A DNA stretch of 28,734 nucleotides from an uncultured Candidatus Saccharibacteria bacterium. GTDB taxonomy: Bacteria; Patescibacteriota; Minisyncoccia; Phycocordibacterales; UBA9973. This document shows, piece after piece, positions 1 through 8,313 of this stretch; the first letter of the stretch is position 1, and each line of letters opens with the position of its first letter. The stretch is taken from the NCBI GenBank assembly GCA_964480325.1, contig CAYZOL010000001.1:3717-32450 (forward strand), written 5' to 3'. The position numbers were made by a program, and so were the translations under genes. The notes under the pieces were generated by a model, which made no database searches, was not told where the DNA came from, and worked only from the letters and a program-made list of their open reading frames with translations.

Positions 1-714
1 TACTTTTTTTATATTTGCAAAGTCAACTTTTCCAGAAAATCTTAGCACGAAACCGCAAGAAGAGGCAGCAAATGCTTGCACTAGGAAATGAAGTATCGCC
101 CCAATCACTACTCCATATGCCAGACCCGAAATTCCAAAATAGGGATACAAAAACAACACACCAAATATAATACCCAAGTTGTAAAAAATTGGACTTAACG
201 CGTAAATAAAAAATTTACGAAAAAGCTGAGTCACGGATCCAAATAAATTTGATAGACCTAAGAATATTGGAGATAATAGCATTATTCTCGACATCTCCAC
301 TACTTTTGCCTGCATTGCTGAAGAAAATCCTGGGGCAACTTTTGGTACCAAATATGGCATATACATAAACACGATAAATGAAACAAAAACCATAGCATAC
401 AAAAAGACAGTAAAAATCTCATTCAAGAATTGTTTTGCTTCCTTTGTTACTTCACTTCCATTCATCCTTGCAACAATAAATGGTATAAGTACCGTAATCG
501 ATACTAAAGAAGCAATAGACACAAATATAAAGTCAGGAACTCTAAAAGCTAAATAGTACGCATCCAAAACATTTGACGGACCAATATAATGAGCAATAGA
601 GCGGTCTCTAAATAGACCTAATACCTGCGAAAAGAGTGCAAAAAATCCCAATAGAAATGCTGCCTGATTTATGTTTTCATATTCCTTGCCAAAAATTCTG
701 AATATCTTCTCCAT
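1..714 (-). CDS. murJ: Lipid II flippase MurJ/MviN, N-terminal 238 codons; runs off the left edge of the window
   Basis: Absent from the ORF track; translated by hand from ATG at 714: MEKIFRIFGKEYENINQAAFLLGFFALFSQVLGLFRDRSIAHYIG...LDAYYLAFRVPDFIF...PKVAPGF...SRIMLLSPIFLGLS...YALSPIFYNLGII. The SxxLGxxRD, DAY..AFRxPD, APGF and PxxYN motifs are typical of MurJ. The frame is open to position 1. Confidence 0.93.
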   Translation of the reverse strand, partial: MEKIFRIFGKEYENINQAAFLLGFFALFSQVLGLFRDRSIAHYIGPSNVLDAYYLAFRVPDFIFVSIASLVSITVLIPFIVARMNGSEVTKEAKQFLNEIFTVFLYAMVFVSFIVFMYMPYLVPKVAPGFSSAMQAKVVEMSRIMLLSPIFLGLSNLFGSVTQLFRKFFIYALSPIFYNLGIIFGVLFLYPYFGISGLAYGVVIGAILHFLVQAFAASSCGFVLRFSGKVDFANIKKV

Positions 715-728
715 CCTTATTTAGATTA

Positions 729-2816
729 CTACGGAGTAGGATTAGTGTCTTTAGTATTGTTTTCAGCTGGTGTCGTAGCTTCAGGAGTAGAAGTAGGAAC
801 GGAACCAGTTTTTATCAAAGTAACAAAATCATTGAGGTCTTTGTTTCCAGGGTAAAGTGCCAACGCCTGTTCAGCATAACTGACCGCAAGCTGTTGATTG
901 CCACTCTTTTTTTCAACCTTTGCCAGTACTATCATTGCATCAACAAAGTCCCCTTTAAGGGTGAGTGCCTCTGTCGCGTAGTCCCGAGCTTCCTTTGTCT
1001 TGTCTTGCTGAAGATATGCATTCGCTATTGAAAGTTTTAGTCCAGGATTTAGCGGATTTAGTTCGGAAGCTTTTTGGTATGCAGCAATAGCATTATCATA
1101 TGCTCCCTCAGAGCCAAACAATCCTGTTGAATAATATATAGCGCCTAATGATTGAAAGTTTAAATAATTTTTTGGATTATAGTTCGCAGCAAGACCCGCG
1201 CCATTAATAGTGGAATCTAAATCAAACTTCAATTCCTCTTTTTCAACATCAGTTAATGCACTATCTTTATATATTAGGTTTGAAAGTTTTGCTAAATAAA
1301 CATTTGAGTACGTTCTGTAGTAAAGGTCATTTGGGTAAAGTAAAATCGCCTTAGATATTGCTTTTTCGGCAACATTAATTTCTTTTGTAGTAATTGCATT
1401 TTCAAAATAATACACTGATGCAAAACGTTCAAGGAATTTAAAAGATACACCTGCACTTGCAATCATAATAAAAACAAGTGAAAGTATAGTAAAAAATTTC
1501 CTTTTAGTTCCATCCACAAACGACAGGCTCCACTCTCTTTCCTCTTTTACTGATGAAGATATGCCAATATATACTCCGAGTAAAGCAAAAGTGAGTAAAA
1601 ATGATGCTGAACCGGCAGAGTAAAAGAACAATGAAGCAAGCATATATAGCGCAATAAGGAAAAAGATCGATACCTCATAACCTAAACTTTTCTTCATTGC
1701 TGTGAAGATGGTCTTTACCCCGTTTATTAAAAACAGCACAATAAAAGCAAACCACGCAAGAACACCCATAATTCCAGTAGTGATAGCAAGAGTTGGTATT
1801 AAGCCAGAGCCATAGTTAAAAGATGAGTCCCAAAATAAAGATTGATTTATAATTGCAGGTTTATACATTGCCCATGCTTCAGCAAATCTATTAGGCCCTA
1901 CACCAAACAGTGGATCAGTTTTAAAGGTAGCTTTAGCAATGGTCATTGTAGATGAAAAAGATGGGCCAACTTCAGAGTCAGATACACCAATTAAGTTTGG
2001 TAAGTAGCTACCTATAAATTGCCCAGACATAACAAACAAAAGTGAAACAATAACAACTGCAAAAGAAAATGCAGGGAAACTTGCTTCTCTCCTTGAAGAA
2101 AGTGATATGCGGTAAATAAAAATTACCATTGCAAAAATTCCGAGCAGTGTCCAAACTAGAGAAAAGTTCACTACTGCTGCCATAATTAGCGTAAATACCA
2201 CAATTCCACCCATTAATAGCTTAACTTTTCTTGAAACATCTAGAAATTCTACAGCAAAAAGTGCCATCAAATTTACTAGGCCAACCAAAATACCAAAACT
2301 GTTCCAAGAGCCAAACAAGTTCCCGGCCTTACCTCCAAACACCCCAAATGACAGCGTGTTTGGCATTATGAAACGCAAAATTTGAAAAAACAAGATAAAT
2401 ACAAAAGAAGAAAGTAAGCCGTAAAATATAATTTTACCTTTTTTCTCATCCTTGATTATGAGAGCACTTACTAGCATTAACATAAAACTAGCAAACATGA
2501 ACCAAAATGTTCCTGTATCTAACATTATACCAAACATTGAAATCTCTGCCCCCCCTGACAATAAAGATGAAACCAAGAAAACGAGTGTAACTACTGCCCC
2601 TGAAAGCAGTACCCAAGATTTTGGAATTACTATCTCCCCATCGGAAAATCGTGCAGCCGCCCATGCAATAACAGTAATCGCCAAACCAACAACCAGCAAA
2701 AGGTTCTTCGCATTTTCAATCGGTATGCCAGTAAAAGGCAGGAAGAAGAGCGGTAAAATTACTATTACACTAAATAGCGACCAAAACGAAATCCTATCTA
2801 AAATGTTTGATAACAT
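729..2816 (-). CDS. O-antigen ligase/polymerase-like (Wzy_C-type, GT-C) multi-pass membrane protein with C-terminal TPR repeats
   Basis: About 12-13 hydrophobic segments and a PLFGVGPNRF...W loop typical of Wzy_C/WaaL-like proteins. TPR-like helices follow (AIAAYQKASELNPLNP, ARDYATEALTLKG, AVSYAEQALALYPGN), then a Pro/Thr-rich tail. Confidence 0.75.
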   Translation of the reverse strand: MLSNILDRISFWSLFSVIVILPLFFLPFTGIPIENAKNLLLVVGLAITVIAWAAARFSDGEIVIPKSWVLLSGAVVTLVFLVSSLLSGGAEISMFGIMLDTGTFWFMFASFMLMLVSALIIKDEKKGKIIFYGLLSSFVFILFFQILRFIMPNTLSFGVFGGKAGNLFGSWNSFGILVGLVNLMALFAVEFLDVSRKVKLLMGGIVVFTLIMAAVVNFSLVWTLLGIFAMVIFIYRISLSSRREASFPAFSFAVVIVSLLFVMSGQFIGSYLPNLIGVSDSEVGPSFSSTMTIAKATFKTDPLFGVGPNRFAEAWAMYKPAIINQSLFWDSSFNYGSGLIPTLAITTGIMGVLAWFAFIVLFLINGVKTIFTAMKKSLGYEVSIFFLIALYMLASLFFYSAGSASFLLTFALLGVYIGISSSVKEEREWSLSFVDGTKRKFFTILSLVFIMIASAGVSFKFLERFASVYYFENAITTKEINVAEKAISKAILLYPNDLYYRTYSNVYLAKLSNLIYKDSALTDVEKEELKFDLDSTINGAGLAANYNPKNYLNFQSLGAIYYSTGLFGSEGAYDNAIAAYQKASELNPLNPGLKLSIANAYLQQDKTKEARDYATEALTLKGDFVDAMIVLAKVEKKSGNQQLAVSYAEQALALYPGNKDLNDFVTLIKTGSVPTSTPEATTPAENNTKDTNPTP

Positions 2817-2959
2817 ATATTTTGTTTTTTGCGTCTACACCAAGACGATATTAAAGTTTTAATTTAATAAAAATAATAATTAATAATAGTTAAATTTATT
2901 TCTATTCGCGTGCGTACCCTTAATTATATAGAGCGTATTTTTAAAATGCAACCAAAAGA

Positions 2960-5422
2960 CTATATCACAATGTTGATAAGTCTGTTTTTCACGTAAATTA
3001 TTCTTTTAACTTCACTTTCACCAATAAATCTTGTTACTGCCTCATTTTTTATTGCTACTTTTTTAATGTCATCTTCACTAGTGTTTGCATTAATCAGCAT
3101 CTCTGCCCTAACCTTTCCATTGACTTGAATGGCTATTTTTACTTCATCGTCCTTTATCAAATTCTTATCCCATTTTGGCCAGGTTGATAGATGAATGGAT
3201 TTCTTCTCACCAAGACAAGACCAGAGCTCATCTGTCACATGTGGTGCAAACGGAGAAAGTATTTGTAAAAACTTTTTAAAGTCCTCGTGATTTATTTTTT
3301 CTACTTTTTCTATCTCATTGCCCAATATCATAAGCGCTGAGACAGACGTATTAAAACGCATGTTCTCAATATCCTCAGTTACCTTTAAAATAGTTCGATT
3401 AAGTACAGCTAAAAACTCTTTAGTACTTTTCACTTTTTTCCCTACTTTCCACTGTAATCTCCAAACTTTCTCCAGAAATCTCCTTGGACCTATAATGCTC
3501 TCGGTGCTCCAAGAGGCGTACTGGTCAAATGGACCAATAAACATTTCATAAAGTCTGAGCGTGTCTGCTCCGTAGGTTTTAACAATGTCATCTGGGTTGA
3601 CCACATTCCCCCACCTCTTACTCATCTTGCGTCCGTCAGAGGCAAGTATCATTCCTTGGTTTCTCATTTTTTGAAATGGTTCTTCTGTAACTGCTACTCC
3701 TATATCGTATAAAAACTTATGCCAAAAACGAGAGTAAAGTAAGTGCCCTGTAGCATGCTCGGCGCCTCCTACGTACATATCCACATTTTTCCAGTATTTT
3801 ATTTCTTTAGGGCTAGCTAGGGCCTTTTTATTCTTTGGATCCATATAGCGCAAGAAATACCAAGAAGATCCAGCCCATCCAGGCATAGTATTTACTTCAT
3901 ATCCTTTTGCAACCCAGGATTTTACCCCAGCGAGAGGCCCTTCAGCTTTTCCAGTCGGCTCATAAGACTTTACTTTTGGAAGCTTTAGTGGAAGCTTTTT
4001 AACTTCATGGATAATTCCATCTTTCCCTCTAAAAAGTGGAACCGGCTCACCCCAATACCTCTGCCTAGCAAAGATAGCATCACGCATTTTGTATTTTGTA
4101 ACGATTTGACCAGAAACTTTTTTAATTATTTCTTTTACATCTACAAGTGGTTTATCTAATATTGGTAGATTATATACCTCAGCAAAAGCTCTATCTCTTT
4201 CATCGTGTGCCGGAACTGCCATAATTGCACCTGTACCATAATTTGCCAACACGTAGTCTGCAATCCACACTGGAATCTCTTCGTTGTTTGCAGGGTTTAT
4301 CGCCTTTATTCCTTCGAGTTTTACCCCGGTTTTTTCTTTGCCTTCTCCTGTTCGTTCAGCCTCTTCTTTGTTTTTTGTGTTTTTAATATAACTTTCTACC
4401 TCTTTCCAGTTTGAAATATTATTTTTAAGTTTTGAGACTAATCCATGCTCTGGGGCCAAAACTACATAAGTGGCACCAAAAATAGTATCAGCTCGTGTGG
4501 TAAATATTTTTATTTTCTCACTACTATTTTTTATTGGAAATTCTATTTCTCCACCTTCACTTCTACCTATCCAATTTCTTTGGATTTCCTTTATTGATGG
4601 ATTCCAGTCTACCCTATCAAGTCCGGAAATTAATCTGTCTGCATAAGCGGTAATCCGCATAAGCCATTGTTTTATTTTAATTTTCTCAACTGGATGACCT
4701 CCACGTTCAGAAATCATCTTGCCATCTTTCCCGTCGACTATTTCATCATTGGCCAATACCGTGCCTAGTTTTTGACACCAGTTTACTTCTGTCTCATCTT
4801 CATAGGCTAAACGATACTTCATCAATACTTCTTGTTGTTTTAGTTTACTCCAGGATTTCCATTCATTTTTAGTAAATATAGATACTTCTCCATGCGAGGC
4901 AGAGACATTTTTGTTGCCTACTTTTTCAAAAATTTTTATGAGATCCTTTATAGGCTGCGCTTTGTTCTTCTTTGTGTCATACCAAGAATTGTAAAGACCT
5001 AGGAATATCCATTGGGTCCATTTGTAGTATTCAGGATCAGTAGTGTTAACCTTGCGAGACCAATCATAAGAAAGCCCAATGAACGAGAGTTGCTTCTCAA
5101 AAGTTTTAACGTTTATCTGTACGGCTTTCTCTGGATTGATTTTATGCTCTATTGCATACTGCTCCGCTGGAAGACCAAAGGCATCATACCCCATAGGGTG
5201 AAGGACGTTGTATCCCTGCATTCTTTTTAGCCTAGCATACACATCACTTCCTATGTATCCTCTAGGATGCCCGACATGAAGTCCTACCCCAGAAGGGTAT
5301 GGGAACATGTCTAGAACATAAAATTTCTTTTGCTTAGAATTATTTTTAGTTTGATAAACCTTTTTCTTTTCCCACACGCCCTGCCATTTCTTTTCAATTT
5401 TTAAGTGATTGTATTCTTTCAT
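2960..5422 (-). CDS. leuS: Leucyl-tRNA synthetase
   Basis: FYVLDMFPYPSGVGLHVGH (HIGH-type motif), GYDAFGLPAEQYA, CP1 editing motifs FTTRADT and GTGAIMAVPAHDERD, YVGGAEHA, KMSKR (KMSKS-type), and a C-terminal IAIQVNGKVR domain. Confidence 0.98.
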   Translation of the reverse strand: MKEYNHLKIEKKWQGVWEKKKVYQTKNNSKQKKFYVLDMFPYPSGVGLHVGHPRGYIGSDVYARLKRMQGYNVLHPMGYDAFGLPAEQYAIEHKINPEKAVQINVKTFEKQLSFIGLSYDWSRKVNTTDPEYYKWTQWIFLGLYNSWYDTKKNKAQPIKDLIKIFEKVGNKNVSASHGEVSIFTKNEWKSWSKLKQQEVLMKYRLAYEDETEVNWCQKLGTVLANDEIVDGKDGKMISERGGHPVEKIKIKQWLMRITAYADRLISGLDRVDWNPSIKEIQRNWIGRSEGGEIEFPIKNSSEKIKIFTTRADTIFGATYVVLAPEHGLVSKLKNNISNWKEVESYIKNTKNKEEAERTGEGKEKTGVKLEGIKAINPANNEEIPVWIADYVLANYGTGAIMAVPAHDERDRAFAEVYNLPILDKPLVDVKEIIKKVSGQIVTKYKMRDAIFARQRYWGEPVPLFRGKDGIIHEVKKLPLKLPKVKSYEPTGKAEGPLAGVKSWVAKGYEVNTMPGWAGSSWYFLRYMDPKNKKALASPKEIKYWKNVDMYVGGAEHATGHLLYSRFWHKFLYDIGVAVTEEPFQKMRNQGMILASDGRKMSKRWGNVVNPDDIVKTYGADTLRLYEMFIGPFDQYASWSTESIIGPRRFLEKVWRLQWKVGKKVKSTKEFLAVLNRTILKVTEDIENMRFNTSVSALMILGNEIEKVEKINHEDFKKFLQILSPFAPHVTDELWSCLGEKKSIHLSTWPKWDKNLIKDDEVKIAIQVNGKVRAEMLINANTSEDDIKKVAIKNEAVTRFIGESEVKRIIYVKNRLINIVI

Positions 5423-5451
5423 CCTGAAAATATTTAATTATTAATCTAAGA

Positions 5452-6465
5452 TTACCTCTTATCGTATGGAGGATATATCTCTGGATCTATAGTACGCTCA
5501 AAGCATGTCCTACCCTCTTTGTGGTCCCAAGATTCATTTGTACCTCCACCAGGATATGGATATGAGGTTGTCACATCTCTGCCTTCCATCATGGGCACTA
5601 CCACCCCTCCACCTTTGTATTCTTGCCAGCCTTGTGGCATTGGTTTTGAGAATGTGGCACAAAGCTCAAAAGTCATATCTTTTTTTACCGCATATTCGTA
5701 ATTTATACCTTTTTCAAATTCTGGATCCACCGGTAGTGAATATCCGGAAATAGGGTTCACTAATTCCTCTAAGTTCTTGGGTAGTGTTTCCTTTTGTTGC
5801 CAATAACTTATTACCTGCCATTGAATGTTTTGCAAGTCAGTCACCCTTTTGTCGTCAAATCGCAAAAGCCTTTGCTCTGACGGAGAACCCATAACCATGA
5901 AACTCCACACAATGGCAAATAGTACCAAAGCAATGCTTCCAAGGGTAAAGACGATATTTATTTTTTTTGTGCCTTTTTGACGTAGGAGCAATATGTAGTA
6001 TCCACCCACAACAAGCGCCACCACCAACGCAGAGAGTACTTTTAGTATAAACCTTGTTGTGATCTCCCCTGAAACGAAATATCTTACCAAAGTAACTAAG
6101 TCTATAACAACTACGATAGCAGACAAGAACAAGATAATATACACTGCCCACTTTCGCAGGATCTCATCTGTCTTACCCAGTCCTAGTGATATCTTCTTTT
6201 TCCAATAGTAAGTTACGACTAAGAAAACTGGAAAGAATATAATAAGCGTGGCAAGCGCCGTACGCATTGCATCATACTGATATGTGTAGTATCCATATTG
6301 ATAGCTAGCATTTAACACATCTGGAAATTTTTTATCCAGAGTCTCAAAAACTAAGTTCAAAAATGATACTACTGAGGCTATTAATGCTATTAGTAATCCT
6401 AACGACAAGAAGAAAAAACCTGGGGTCATTTTCGGCTTGTCTTGTGTTATTTGTTGTGTTTCCAT
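5452..6465 (-). CDS. DUF5671-like multi-pass membrane protein with a C-terminal extracytoplasmic pilin-like domain
   Basis: About five hydrophobic helices (FFLSLGLLIALIASVVSFLNLVF...MRTALATLIIFFPVFL...). These are followed by RFDDKRVTDLQNIQWQVISYWQQKETLPKNLEEL...PVDPE...YEY...FELCATF. The family assignment is from recollection of DUF5671 proteins, not from a search. Confidence 0.6.
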   Translation of the reverse strand: METQQITQDKPKMTPGFFFLSLGLLIALIASVVSFLNLVFETLDKKFPDVLNASYQYGYYTYQYDAMRTALATLIIFFPVFLVVTYYWKKKISLGLGKTDEILRKWAVYIILFLSAIVVVIDLVTLVRYFVSGEITTRFILKVLSALVVALVVGGYYILLLRQKGTKKINIVFTLGSIALVLFAIVWSFMVMGSPSEQRLLRFDDKRVTDLQNIQWQVISYWQQKETLPKNLEELVNPISGYSLPVDPEFEKGINYEYAVKKDMTFELCATFSKPMPQGWQEYKGGGVVVPMMEGRDVTTSYPYPGGGTNESWDHKEGRTCFERTIDPEIYPPYDKR

Positions 6466-6472
6466 ATGAAGT

Positions 6473-6481
6473 AGTATATCA
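6473..6481 (-). promoter_or_regulatory. Extended -10 promoter TGATATACT for the DUF5671-like gene, probably leaderless
   Basis: Plus-strand agtatatca reads TG-A-TATACT on the minus strand; 7 nt separate the hexamer from the ATG at 6465. Confidence 0.6.
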
Positions 6482-6582
6482 TATTACCCGTATCTAATTA
6501 AGTAAAATACAACCCGTTATTAACAATGTTTATTTTAAATAAAGGGTTTAAAAAAGTAATTATTATTTAAGCACATCTCAAA

Positions 6583-7038
6583 ATGATTAAAAAGCCTTAC
6601 GACTTTTCTAAAAAAATAATAGAGTGGCTAGGGTCTACTCAGTCATTGGTTGCACATACTACTTTTTTTATTTGTATATTCATATTTGGATTCTCAGGTG
6701 TTGTCAGCCCGGATTATGTATTTGCCCTTACGACAAATATTCTATCAATAGAAGCAATATATCTGGCAATCTTTATACAGATGAGTATCAACAAACATAG
6801 TGATGACCTGGAAGAAGTTTCAGAAGATATTGAGGAACTGCAGGAGGATGTTGAGGAAATTTCTGAGGACATTGACGAAATCCAAGAAGACGTGGAAGAA
6901 CTTTCTGAAGATGACGAAGCCGATACTCAAGAAGAAATTGAAGAGGAAGAAAAAGAGGCAGAAAGATTCAAAAACATTGAAAACACACTTCAAACTTTGT
7001 TAAAAGAAATCTCTGATATAAAAAATCACAAACATTAA
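6583..7038 (+). CDS. DUF1003-like small membrane protein with an acidic coiled-coil tail
   Basis: IIEWLGSTQSLVAHTTFF...LTTNILSIEAIYLAIFIQMSINK gives two TM segments resembling DUF1003 proteins, followed by acidic heptads. It is the only plus-strand gene supported here. Confidence 0.6.
   Translation: MIKKPYDFSKKIIEWLGSTQSLVAHTTFFICIFIFGFSGVVSPDYVFALTTNILSIEAIYLAIFIQMSINKHSDDLEEVSEDIEELQEDVEEISEDIDEIQEDVEELSEDDEADTQEEIEEEEKEAERFKNIENTLQTLLKEISDIKNHKH
6808..6912 (+). repeat. Five in-frame 21-nt (7-aa) acidic heptad repeats
   Basis: LEEVSED-IEELQED-VEEISED-IDEIQED-VEELSED, read directly from the sequence. Confidence 0.9.
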
Positions 7039-7046
7039 TTTTAGCC

Positions 7047-8192
7047 TTATACCTTTACTTTAAAAAAATTCTTCAGAACACTATATACAATCACCAATCC
7101 AACAAGTGAAAAAATTATTACTAGCTTAAATGGTATCCCGATTATATAGAGTATGACACTCACGGTAAGTGCTATTGCCGCACCAATGTCCCAACCACAC
7201 TCTGCAAAAAAGTGAAACCACACAGTATTGGGGGTTCTTTTCGCCAAGGTATAAAGCCCAACTCCAAAAGAGGAGGAGTAAAAAGTCATAGCCAAGGCAA
7301 ACAAAATATCAACAAAAATAATCTGTGGAATAGTTATAACCCAAAAAGCCCGCATCAAAATTACAAAAGCTAAAAGCAAAAGGCCTGTTTGCATAATAAT
7401 CTTACCCTTACCTTTGTCCAAGTAATAACCCAAAATCAAAAACATTGCTGAAGTTAAGAAAAGTTGAAATGTAACCAGGGCTCCAAAAGTAACATAATCC
7501 CCTATTAAATAAAACAAAGCGATGGTCCAGACAAACGCATGCATGTATAAAAATCCATCCCCAGCTTGCATGAAGAGACCTTTTTTATCTATCGTTTTAT
7601 AAGCATCCTTGAAACGCATATTCTCCCCGGGAGAAAGATCAGGCGCAAAAAATATCGGCACCGAGGACAAAAGCATCACAATAGTTGCAAAGACATAAAG
7701 AATGGAGAAACTAAATTGTGTTATCAAAATTCCACCCACTAGTGGTGCCACCATCGAAAGCAGTGTCGTAAAACCAAACAAAACACCAACCTGCTTACCA
7801 CGATCCTCATGATCTCCAGCTACAGCATAATACGAGTGATATGGAAGCCAGTAGAAAATATCACATAGTGCTAGGTACACCATGTAAAACAAAAGCCAAC
7901 CATTTAAGCCACCAACTTTTGAAAGCGCAAAAAATATACCACTGTTAACTATAATCCCTAATATCACAGCCCGCTTCAAACCAATCCGCATTGATAAGTA
8001 GATAGATATCGGGCGAATTAAAAAACGGATAATACAACTCCCAACCCACGCCAGAGCCACCGTTGGATACGACAACCCAAGTTCCAGCAAGTACACCGCA
8101 CCAAAAACATCAAAAATATTATTGCTAAATCGATGCAACCCAGAGTGGATATTCAACAAGTTGACAATTTTATTTTTAAAAAAAGATTTCAT
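7047..8192 (-). CDS. Major facilitator superfamily transporter, substrate unknown
   Basis: 381 aa with about 12 hydrophobic segments in two halves. Motif-A-like LSMRIGLKR follows TM2, a DRGKQVG loop follows TM4, and YLDKGKGK occupies the equivalent position in the second half. Confidence 0.8.
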   Translation of the reverse strand: MKSFFKNKIVNLLNIHSGLHRFSNNIFDVFGAVYLLELGLSYPTVALAWVGSCIIRFLIRPISIYLSMRIGLKRAVILGIIVNSGIFFALSKVGGLNGWLLFYMVYLALCDIFYWLPYHSYYAVAGDHEDRGKQVGVLFGFTTLLSMVAPLVGGILITQFSFSILYVFATIVMLLSSVPIFFAPDLSPGENMRFKDAYKTIDKKGLFMQAGDGFLYMHAFVWTIALFYLIGDYVTFGALVTFQLFLTSAMFLILGYYLDKGKGKIIMQTGLLLLAFVILMRAFWVITIPQIIFVDILFALAMTFYSSSFGVGLYTLAKRTPNTVWFHFFAECGWDIGAAIALTVSVILYIIGIPFKLVIIFSLVGLVIVYSVLKNFFKVKV

Positions 8193-8210
8193 TAAATCTT
8201 AAATTCAATC

Positions 8211-8231
8211 ATCCTTCGCCTTGCTCAGGAT
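8211..8231. repeat. Short palindromic REP-like element ATCCTTCGCCTTGCTCAGGAT
   Basis: Terminal 5-bp inverted repeat ATCCT/AGGAT in the ychF-MFS intergenic gap. Confidence 0.5.
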
Positions 8232-8236
8232 CTACC

Positions 8237-8264
8237 AATTCAAAATCTTTCTAGATTTTGAATT
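8237..8264. repeat. Perfect 12-bp AT-rich inverted repeat (possible hairpin or operator)
   Basis: AATTCAAAATCT-ttct-AGATTTTGAATT. Confidence 0.7.
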
Positions 8265-8276
8265 CTACGACATCTC

Positions 8277-8309
8277 TCCGCCTTCGCTAAAGCTACGGAC
8301 GGACAGGCA
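8277..8309. repeat. GC-rich imperfect palindromic REP-like element immediately downstream of ychF
   Basis: TCCGCCTTCGCTAAAGCTACGGACGGACAGGC is a GC-rich island with TCCG/CGGA arms in an AT-rich spacer. Confidence 0.55.
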
Positions 8310-8313
8310 TCTT

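Noticed and set aside
1-714. murJ as a truncated pseudogene
   Set aside because: The frame is open to position 1; the truncation is the window edge.
2833-2848. CGTCT-N6-AGACG hairpin downstream of leuS as an intrinsic terminator
   Set aside because: The stem is only 5 bp and is followed by an A-run rather than a U-run on the transcribed (minus) strand.
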